From a virus (taxonomy: Duplodnaviria; Caudoviricetes): a stretch of 64,000 bases of DNA. The notes beneath the pieces are model-generated. The model made no database searches and was not told the origin of the DNA. It was given only the letters and a program-made list of their open reading frames with translations. Below are positions 28,593 to 38,300 of this stretch, piece by piece. How positions within the stretch are numbered: the first letter of the stretch is position 1; each line of letters begins with the position of its first letter. The stretch is from IMG/VR virus record IMGVR_UViG_3300037424_001021, positions 1-64,000 of that record; one strand, written 5' to 3'. The position numbers and the translations under genes were made by a program.

Positions 28593-29729
28593 ATGGCAAA
28601 AATAGTTCCCTCTATTATAGGAAATAATCCTCCTGAGCATCAAGATTATTATTCGCCCAATTTATTGCAAGAACAACAGTCAAATCAAGCAACTGCTAAT
28701 CGTCCAATTTCTCGAAATAAGAACGATAATCAAATCAACTGGCTAGGTTCTTCTTATTCTGGTGCGGATATTAAAGTAGTTGCGCATTTATATACCACTC
28801 CTCAAGAAACAGACGAAATAGTTCGATTACAACAAGAACTTGAAGAAGTACGTTCATCTTCAACTGCTTGCCGAATGGCATCTCAAGGTCTTCCGACTGA
28901 TTTAACTGGATTGTCTAGATTAACCGGACAAGATAGTGCAACACAAATTGCAAGACTTGGAGGAGTTCAGCCAGATAGTCCAGCTGGAATGCTTTTGATT
29001 TCTATCTTTAGAGCTGCTCCAAGAAGCGGTAACTGGACTTCTATGCGTTCTCATCTAATGCAAGCTTATGTTTCTCAGGCTGTAACTCTTCAATTAGTAG
29101 GAGATGCCTTACAATTAAAAATAAACTCATTAAACGAAATACGACAAAAATCTACCAATACTATAGTTCTTGGAACTTTGCAAACTATTAGTGTTCAAAC
29201 TTATCGAGAAAAAGTTGCAGTTAGAGCATTAGGTCATTCCTATCCAAAAGGAATGTGTCGAGGTAATCGTACAATTGCTGGTAGTATGATTTTTACTTTA
29301 TTTAATGAACATTCGCTTGCTCAATTGATTCGTTCGATGTCTGCAACTGGATCAATTTATGGCGAAATGAACAATGATTTATCTGCTTATATTGCAGATC
29401 AATTGCCTCCTTTTGATCTAACAATTATATTTGCTAACGAATATGGGTCACTATCTCAAATGAGCATTTATGGAGTAGAATTTATTTCTGATGGCATGAC
29501 TTTATCTATCGAAGATTTATTAACAGAACAAGTTTTGCAGTTTATAGCAAGAGACATAGATATTATGACTTCTCAAGGGAATATTCGTCTTTCTCGTGCA
29601 CAACGAGGAATGCATTTCAGTGACGAAGGGCAAGAAATAAAAGCTTCTGATTTGCCTTTTACAAGTAAAGAAGCATATTCCAAATATTTAGAGAGATTGG
29701 GAATTAGACGTAAAAGGACTCAATGGTAA
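28593..29729 (+). CDS. Tail-tube-like paralogue with a large helical insertion
   Basis: SYSGADI, then about 130 aa of helical/coiled-coil insert, then LQTISVQTYREK...RGNRTIAGSMIF...DQLPPFDLTIIFANEYG matching the main tube. Confidence 0.7.
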   Translation: MAKIVPSIIGNNPPEHQDYYSPNLLQEQQSNQATANRPISRNKNDNQINWLGSSYSGADIKVVAHLYTTPQETDEIVRLQQELEEVRSSSTACRMASQGLPTDLTGLSRLTGQDSATQIARLGGVQPDSPAGMLLISIFRAAPRSGNWTSMRSHLMQAYVSQAVTLQLVGDALQLKINSLNEIRQKSTNTIVLGTLQTISVQTYREKVAVRALGHSYPKGMCRGNRTIAGSMIFTLFNEHSLAQLIRSMSATGSIYGEMNNDLSAYIADQLPPFDLTIIFANEYGSLSQMSIYGVEFISDGMTLSIEDLLTEQVLQFIARDIDIMTSQGNIRLSRAQRGMHFSDEGQEIKASDLPFTSKEAYSKYLERLGIRRKRTQW

Positions 29730-30550
29730 TGGCAAATCCAGCTAATCCACTTCCTCCTGCTCCTCCAACTCCTCCTCCTATTCCAACGGAGGGATTTTCA
29801 AGTGGAATTTATAATTTCGACTATTTTATGTCTTCTCAAGTTGCATGTTATATAGGTTCTACTTGGATTGATGAAATAACTAGTATTGCTTTTGAAGTTT
29901 CTCATCAAAAAATGCCGTTATATGGTTATGCAGATAAATATTTTCGCACAGTCACCAAAGGTCAAGTATTGGTTCAAGGTATGTTTACTATTAATTTTAA
30001 AGAAGCTGGTTATTTATGGCTGGCATTAAATCAATATCATGGAGAATTAGGAAAATCTACTCCATTGAATCCTTTTAAAGATTCTGCGACTATCCAAAGT
30101 CAAAATCTTGAAAAGATTATTCAGTATAACAATATAGACGATGAAGAATATATCAAACATCGCAATGAAGCAGTTAATACAATGGCTGAATTTTGGTCAA
30201 AAGAAAATGCATACAATTCTCTTGCTGGATATCCAGGAGGAGGAAGAACTTCAGATGGGAAAAAGATGGGTAATGCCGAAAACTTATTTGAACAATTTGA
30301 AGATGCAATTTGGTCATCAAAAGGCGGGAAGTATATTCCTTCAGATGAACTAGATAGAGATCCTGCTAATTCAGAACTTAATGGTTTTGATATTTATATA
30401 TCATATGGTGATTTTATTGGAGATAATAAACTTAATCATACAATTAGAAAATTAAATAATGTTCATATTTTAAGTTGGGGCCAACAAGTTGCTCCAGATG
30501 GTCAAAATATACAAGAAAAATATTCTTTTCTTTGTAGGAATGCGGTCTAA
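29729..30550 (+). CDS. Tail-tube-like paralogue (baseplate-proximal tube/initiator)
   Basis: IDEITSIAFEVSHQKMPLYGY...TKGQVLVQGMFTINF tube-like pattern; Pro-rich N-terminus; TAATG coupling. Confidence 0.55.
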   Translation: MANPANPLPPAPPTPPPIPTEGFSSGIYNFDYFMSSQVACYIGSTWIDEITSIAFEVSHQKMPLYGYADKYFRTVTKGQVLVQGMFTINFKEAGYLWLALNQYHGELGKSTPLNPFKDSATIQSQNLEKIIQYNNIDDEEYIKHRNEAVNTMAEFWSKENAYNSLAGYPGGGRTSDGKKMGNAENLFEQFEDAIWSSKGGKYIPSDELDRDPANSELNGFDIYISYGDFIGDNKLNHTIRKLNNVHILSWGQQVAPDGQNIQEKYSFLCRNAV

Positions 30551-30559
30551 ATAAAAAGA

Positions 30560-30588
30560 TTGCTTTTTAAAATTTAAATCAGTATAAT
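30560..30588 (+). promoter_or_regulatory. Sigma70/sigmaA-like promoter
   Basis: TTGCTT-17 nt-TATAAT, followed by AAAGGAGG SD and ATG at 30617. Confidence 0.65.
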
Positions 30589-30616
30589 TAAATTTCCAAA
30601 GGAGGACATTAGAAAA

Positions 30617-31042
30617 ATGTCTAAAGTTACAGAAACTGAAGAAGTAAAAGAAGTAGAAGAAAGTGGACCACCTAATCTTCCTTCTATGTTGAAGAAACTT
30701 GAAGGCCACCCTTCTGATGAACAGATTGAAACTTGGAAGCAGCAATATGGAGAAGTATTTGTTTCTGGTTTTTCGGAAACAGAGTTGTTTGTATTTCGTC
30801 CACTTTCTTGGAAAGAACATAAAGACCTAACAAAAGCTCTTTCCACTCCAGTCGAGGAAGGCGAAGAACCAAAAACTGAGTTTGATTTACAAGAACTTGT
30901 AGTTGATACCTGCTTGCTATGGACTTCAGTTCCAGAATTTCACAAAAAAGGCGGAACTATTCCAACATTGTTTGAGCAAACGATGGCGAACTCAAATTTC
31001 GTAGCCCCTCAAATTGCGTTGTCGTTTGTAGCTAAATTATAA
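30617..31042 (+). CDS. Tail assembly chaperone
   Basis: Acidic 141-aa protein between tube and tape-measure genes; IETWKQQYGEVF...FVFRPLSWKEHK pattern. Confidence 0.6.
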   Translation: MSKVTETEEVKEVEESGPPNLPSMLKKLEGHPSDEQIETWKQQYGEVFVSGFSETELFVFRPLSWKEHKDLTKALSTPVEEGEEPKTEFDLQELVVDTCLLWTSVPEFHKKGGTIPTLFEQTMANSNFVAPQIALSFVAKL

Positions 31043-31051
31043 AGAAGAAAC

Positions 31052-31465
31052 ATGTTTAATTTATTTCCTCTTTTTAAAAAAGAAAACAAAAAAGAAGATT
31101 ATCAGTATACTTGCAGTTTTTTTTCAGGTGCAGATCTGAAGTTTTATTTAGAGTTACAAAATGGTCAAAAAAAATACATACCAGAATTTCGAGAAATTTC
31201 TTGGAAAGAAGACTTGATCGAAAATCAAGTGAGAGGTCAATTGATTTTTATTATTTTTGACAGAGATGCACTTGTTCCCTTTTTACAAGATGTCAAAAAT
31301 ATTCATTTAAAAGTTGCTACTGCAGTTAAAAGAATTAGCGAATTAAAATTTGAAAATGTAATATTTACCGAACGTAGAGAGAGTCTATCAGTTGACGATT
31401 TAATTTCAGAAATACACTATAGTTTTACCGCTCAATCTTGCACTTCTTGGAAAAAACTTCAATAG
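31052..31465 (+). CDS. Miniaturised tail-tube paralogue
   Basis: SFFSGADL, GQLIFIIFDRDAL and SVDDLISEIHYSFTA align by eye with SFSGVDI, GTLIFIVFDRHVL and SIDDIVTEQQHTYVA of 27890-28558. Confidence 0.65.
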   Translation: MFNLFPLFKKENKKEDYQYTCSFFSGADLKFYLELQNGQKKYIPEFREISWKEDLIENQVRGQLIFIIFDRDALVPFLQDVKNIHLKVATAVKRISELKFENVIFTERRESLSVDDLISEIHYSFTAQSCTSWKKLQ

Positions 31466-31476
31466 TCCAATGCAAT

Positions 31477-32370
31477 ATGAAGACCATTTCGGATTTACGT
31501 GAAGATTTCGGCGCAGTTTATATAATTGAATTATCTGATGGTCAAATAGTTCCTTTTCGTCTTTTAACAATTCAAGAATATATAAAATATGATGAAGACT
31601 TTAAACGAGGTCTTATTGCTATTCCTTCTTTAGAAGAAGAACTATTCCGCCTTTGTGTGAAAAATTCTTTTTTAATTGAGAATATCAATTTACAAAAGGC
31701 GGGGACTATCAGCTCTGTTGTATCACAGATAATGCAACAATCAGGTCCACGTAGTACCGAAGAATTCAATAGTCATCTAAATTTTAGTAGAAATAAATTA
31801 AATAATAATATCTTTCATCAAATGACTTCTTTGATTTGCACGGCTTTTCCTGCATATAAACCAGAAGACGTAGAAGCCTTAACTTATGAAACTTTCATTT
31901 TGCGATTAGTTCAAGCAGAAGTAACCTTATTGAGAACTGGTTATTTAGAACAGCCCTTGGCGTTGATAAATAATGCAGAAGAAATTACAGAAAAACCTCG
32001 CAAAATAGAGAATACTCAATTAAAACAAGCATTTGAACAACAACAATTGAGACAACAAGCTGAACAAAAAGTTCCTCAAAGTCAACGCAGAGTTCGAGAA
32101 GATTTGACACATTACCCCAAAGAAAAAGTACAAGATGGCAGAGTGATAATCAGCAAAGAAGAATTACGAACTAAAACTTTTTCTGGTGCCGACCTAGAAG
32201 ATGCCGACTTATTTGAGCACGCGATGCTTACTGAAGCTGTTGATATCTATAAAGATTATTTAGAAGATGTAAAAGCTGGTAAAAAAGTTATAATTAAATC
32301 TCCAGAAGAGAAGTTAAAAGAAAGACGAATGAAAAGCAAAACTAGAAACTCTAAATTATCCAAAAAATAG
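31477..32370 (+). CDS. Extended tail-chaperone paralogue
   Basis: FGAVYII...VPFRLLTIQEY...AGTISSVVSQIMQQS resembles YGEVFVS...FVFRPLSWKEH...GGTIPTLFEQTMANS of 30617-31042. Start taken at M14 of the track ORF. Confidence 0.55.
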   Translation: MKTISDLREDFGAVYIIELSDGQIVPFRLLTIQEYIKYDEDFKRGLIAIPSLEEELFRLCVKNSFLIENINLQKAGTISSVVSQIMQQSGPRSTEEFNSHLNFSRNKLNNNIFHQMTSLICTAFPAYKPEDVEALTYETFILRLVQAEVTLLRTGYLEQPLALINNAEEITEKPRKIENTQLKQAFEQQQLRQQAEQKVPQSQRRVREDLTHYPKEKVQDGRVIISKEELRTKTFSGADLEDADLFEHAMLTEAVDIYKDYLEDVKAGKKVIIKSPEEKLKERRMKSKTRNSKLSKK

Positions 32371-32382
32371 CAGGTAATTCAA

Positions 32383-35300
32383 TTGGCCAGATTTCCTTAT
32401 GTTTATAGTTTAGCAAGCGGCAGAGTTTACTATGGTTCTGCTTTGCCTTCTAATAATCAAAATAATCAACCTCAATATTGGACAAATCAACCTCAAATTC
32501 CTGTAACTTCTAATTTTCAAGTATTAAAAAATACTGCAATTACTGGTGGAGTTTTAGGTACAATTGGAGCAATCGGATTTCTTCCAACAAAAACAGGCAA
32601 TGTTTGGGATAAATATTTGCATGGCATGCGTGCAATTGAAGAGTTTAGTCCTGGTGGAATCCTTCGAACTTTTCAATTAAGTAATGTCTTTAGTCCATTA
32701 TCTTCTACAGTTAAAAAGGCTAATTATCATATTACGCCAGAATTATTAGCGAATAATCCGACTTATTTAGAATATCTTTCGCGATTAATTGGAGGTTCTG
32801 ATACTAAATTTAAATTATATCAACAAGGAGTAACTTTTCGAGGTGGGAAATTACATTGGGGAACTGGGAATGAACTTGCATTACGTTATTCCAGTATGTT
32901 GCTTTCTGCTGGTCATGGAACTGCTCAAAGAATTGGAGCAGCATATGCAAGAAATTTAGGATTACAGAGCAACGTTCCACTTGAACATTTTTTTGCTAAT
33001 ATTCAACCTCGCCCTGAATTAGCAGAATTGATCAATCCTTCAATTGAAAAAGAAGCGTTTCAAGTTATTGGAGGACAATCTCGTTTACAATCGTCATATC
33101 GTTACATAAGTGCAATTGGGACTGAACAAGTTGATAGATTTAATCGTCTTCTAAATGCTCAATCTGATATTCCAATTTTAAAAGAGGCTTTTGGAAAACT
33201 TCAAACTTCTTGGAAATCTGTTTTTGGCAAACCATTTAAATTAGGAGTAAAAGAAACTGGCGGTTTGCGTATGTTTGGCAAGCTTGGTTTTAAATATGGA
33301 GTTGGTTTAACTGCCTTAACTCTTGGATATCAGACTTTAGATTGGACAGCAAGACGCTCGGAATTATTAGATGATACAGTTTTGGATGAAGGTTTAACTG
33401 TAGCAGGAGCTACTGTAGGTATAAAAGCAAATCTTGCTATTTCTAAAATAGCAGAAAAATTAGGTTTACACTCTTATCGAGAAAAACAAGAAGAAATTGC
33501 ACCTGGATCTACTTCGTTAACTAAATTAGCTGCATTTCCTATAATGGGAGCATTAGCTCCTATTGGAGGGTTATATGCTTATAAAACTACTAAAATGGCT
33601 TCTCTTATTAGACAAGGATTAACTCCTGCTGCTGCCCGAGAAACTGCACAAGAAGCAATTAGTTCTTGGAAATCTGGACCTTTACTTGAACAAGTAGGCA
33701 ATATTTTTGCGAAAAAAGGCGGATTATATTCCAACGGAGGAATATTAGATAATCTAATAAAGAAAATAGCATTTCCAGATAAAGCAGGTAATTTAATCTA
33801 TAAAGGATTGGGCAAGTTAACCCCAGGTAAACTAGGTGCTGCAATGGGAGCGTCTATTGGATTAGCAATGATTGCTCCATTTTTACCTGGAGCACTTATG
33901 CCATCTCAGCGTCCTGATGAATTAGAAGCGTTATATTCTGGTAGAAAAGAAATTGCAATTCGAAAAGGCCGAGGATGGCTTATGGGCAGAAGTAAATTTG
34001 AAGGGGAAAAACCTATTACATTTTTGCCTCATTGGTTTCCTCGGATGAGAATGAGAGCAACAGAAAGAGGATTATGGGGACCTGAAGAAGATGAACGTAG
34101 CCCGATTTCTAAATGGTTAGCAAAAGAAACGAGTTACGAACTGGAGTTACGTCATTATTATGATCGGCCATATGGTTTAACCGGAACTTTCGGAGAAGAT
34201 TTACCATTGATAGGTCCATTAGTCGGAGCAACTATCGGAAGGCTCATTAAACCTCCGCGCCCAATGCATGAATCAGAATTTCAGGGAAAAGGCGGGGAAT
34301 TTTTAGTCCCTCAACCCAGATATGGAGAAAGAATAAACACTGAAATAGGACAACAATTACCAGGTAAACCAGTGTCTCCATATAGTCCTACTCAAGTAGC
34401 AGGTGAACAAATATATCGAATGTGTTTTACAAAAGATACTTCAATCAGAATGGCCGATAAAGCGTATAAAAAAATTAACGAAATTAAAATCAATGATGAA
34501 ATTTGGCAATTAAAACAGCCTAAAAGAGTAAAAAATATATTTATACATAGCCAAACAGAAGATGAACAATTAAAAGAAATTCAAGTCTATGGAGATTGGA
34601 GAAAGTTAAAAGTTACAGATAGTCATATAGTTTTAGCCTTGCAACCGAAATTCTGTTCTGCAAAAACATATAATTGTATACCTAATGGAAGTAGAGAAAG
34701 TTCTAAATGCAAAAAATGTAAAAACAAACTGTATCAAAAATATCAATTAGAGTGGATACCTGTTAAAGAATTAAAAAAATGGGATTATCTAATTCAATAT
34801 ATTCCAAAAGCGAAAGATAGCAAAAAAGAGTTATACCTCCCAGATATATTGAATATGGACAATTTTGAAATTATCGATAATCAAATATATCGACGAATAC
34901 AAAAGTCGTTTGTTCGAAAATCAAATGATTATATCAATTTTAAAGGAACTGAAATACATCGTAAGGGTAATGAGTACTCAGCTGACTACATAGATAGAAA
35001 TGCAAAAACACTGCCATTGTCAATTCCGCTAAATTGGGATTTTGGATGGCTATGTGGATATTCTTTAGCCGAAGGTTCTCCAAGAGCTTACCAAGTTAGC
35101 TACGCAGCTCATATAGATGAATTAGATTCTCATTTTAAAAAATTATTCGATTTAATGAATCTTTTTTTTAATGAAAAAGAAATACGTTGGATAGTAAAAA
35201 AAGATGGAGAACAAAAATTAACAAACGGAATTGAAGCGATTATAAATCATACCTCTCTAGCTGAACTATTGAGAAGTCTTTTGGGAATCCCTAGTCATAA

Positions 35301-38300
35301 AAAAATTAATTCTATTTTGTTAAATTCAAACAAAGAATTCTTATTAGGATTGCTTAATGGATTTATCGATGGAGATTTTCATATCAGGGAAAAAGAACTC
35401 TCTTGCAATCAATCAAATCAAATTTTACAAGAGCAACTGCGAGATATCTTTTTTAGTTTAGGGATACAGGTTAATACAACTTATGTAGAAAAAACTAATG
35501 GTATTCCAGATAAATTATACTATGCTTATGGATTTAATTTATATCGCAATGAAATATTTAAATTAAGACAATTAGGCAAATCAGGATTTAAATTATCAAA
35601 AGATATTGCGACTGGAAAAACTAAATCTACAGAAAGCTTTTTAGAAGAATATCCTGATTATTATATTTTATATAAAAAAATAAAATCAATTAAGAACTTG
35701 CCTTCTACCGACTTTCTTTATGATTTAGAAATAGAAGACAATCATCATTACTACGCCGAAGACTGCGTAGTACATAACTCCGAGATGGTGGGTTTGCCGG
35801 GCTTCATAGAGTCATCTATTAAAGAAAAATTAACTGGAACACAAGACTGGTTTGACCAGTTTGCTCAATTGGAAACTTCAAGAAGAATGGGGGGTTCTGA
35901 GAGAAATTACTGGGATAGAGAACTTGGAGATATTTTCGGAACCTCGGAGACTATTAGACGCTTTTTCCCGCATCGTCGAAGAGGTATAGATTTATACAAT
36001 CCAATTACTAATACTCAACCTTGTCTATTGCCAGATACCGAAGTTTTAATGGCAGATGGGAAATGCAAGAGAGCCGAAGATATAAAAATTGGAGAAAAAC
36101 TTATTTCTCATAAAGGAGAAGAAGTTTTTGTAGAAAATATAGGAAAATTCCCAACATCCAAAGTCGTTCATCTCTCTCTGTATGGAGATAATTTTCATAA
36201 ATTAGATTTTTCTCCAAATCATCCTATTTTAACTGATGAATTAATTTTCAAAAATGCTGAAGATATCAGAAAAGGAGATTACGTAGCCTTTCCTATTCGC
36301 AATTATGAAAAAGAAATACCAACGTACAAAATAGATATTTCAAATTTTCTCAATATAAACTGCTCAAAAACAGACAAATATTTATATTATGGAATTCAAT
36401 CTTCCAATTATATGGAAAATGAAATTGCAGAAAAGTATAAATTTAAAATTAAAGAAATTCCATTAGAAATAAAACATAAATATCCAAAATTATACAAAAT
36501 ATGCAATTATAGATTAAATAGTAATCGGAAATCTTCGTATAAAAGAATTTTAAGAAATTGGGATATTGAAGATTTTTATTATCTTATTGGAGTTTATATT
36601 ACAGAAGGTTCTGTTTTTTCGCTAAGAGATAAGTCTTTTAAACTTTCTGGTCATAAACAAGATAAATGGGAAGAAAGAATAAAAAATATTTTCAATAAAT
36701 ACGAGATTAAATATTCAATAGAAGACTCAATAACAGGAACAGGAAGAAATTTTCAGATTACCAATCCTATTCTTTTTAATATTTTAAGAGATATCTCTCC
36801 AGGTCATGCAAAGGAAAAATATATTACTGAAAATATTCTTAATCATTCTAATCCTGAAATTGCCATAAAATCACTAATTAAAGCACTGATAGATGGGGAT
36901 GGTTGTTATTTTAAAACCAAAAGCAATAGAATTAGATGTCAACTAAAGACAACTTCTAAAAATTTAGCCTATCAATTTAGAAACCTTGTAATAGATGTAT
37001 TTCATTTTGCTCCTTCAATTACTCATTCTGTTTTTAAAGAAAAAGAAAGTTTTCATATATCGCTTTCAGGTTTAAATGCAAATATTTTAGCAAAAGAAAT
37101 TGGATATCAAATTTTCGACTATACTCCTAAACAAAATAACAATAAACAATATTCAGATAATTCATACATCTATATCAAAGTAAAAAAAGTCTTAACTGAA
37201 GAAAAAGATACCTATGTAATTGGTCACCAAGTTGCAGGAGACCATACTTTTTGTGTATCTTTAATAGCTACTCATAATACGTGGATGCCCGGAGCTGGAG
37301 ATAAAAGTCCAGATTTTAGAACTGGTGATCCTATGGTCAAAATTCCATTTGGAGAAATGAGATTACCTGGACCTGGCATAGAAGCAAGATATCCAGAATT
37401 AGAAGGAGTTGCTCCAGAAGATTACAAACCCGCCTATCGCTATAAAATTCTATGTTTAGATGCTAAAACTCTTGTTATCACAGATAGCGGAATGAAATCT
37501 ATTCAAACTATTCTTGAAACAGATCAAGTTATCGGAGAAGATGGCCAATATCATTCAATACTTTCAAAAATTCATAATACTAGAATAGATGATAAATATA
37601 AATTATATACATTTTATAATTTCGAACCTTTGATCTGTAGTGCGAAACATAAAATTTTAACTTCAGATAAATCTGGAAATATAACTGAGAAAGAAGCGCA
37701 AAATATTACACAAAATGATTATTTAGTTTTTCCTAAAAGTTCTTTTGGGAATAAAAAAAATCTATGTATAGGAGACTACTGCAACACAGATGACGTAAAT
37801 ATTCAATATATAAAAGGAGTGTATTCAGCCAAAGCAAAAGGTTCTCAAAATTTTATACCTTTTAACTTAGAAGTTAATTACAACTTAGGATTTATTTTTG
37901 GATTATATCTAGCAGAGGGAGGGATTTCTAGATCAACTGTAATAACTTTTACATTTAACATCGAAGAAAAAAATACGATAGCTAAAAAAGTAGAAGAATT
38001 TTGTAATCAAATAGAACTTCCATATACTACTAGGGAAACTACCACTAATAGTTATCAAATTATCATTAGCAATAGGCTTCTAGCAAGATTTTTAGGAGAA
38101 AATTTTGGATATACCCAATATACTCATCATATTAAATTAGATTATTTAAATTATTCAAAAGAATTTGTTCAAGGAATTTTCGATGGCCATTTTAATGGAG
38201 ATGGATATATGGCTTGTACTCAAAGCACTATCAATGGTAGATCTACTTCGGTTTGTAAAGGCTTAATTGAAAATTTAAGATTAATGGGTCTAATGTTAAA

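Noticed and set aside
30617-32370. Programmed -1 frameshift of the G/GT chaperone type
   Set aside because: The two chaperone-like ORFs are separated by a complete intervening gene and the second has its own full N-terminal domain.
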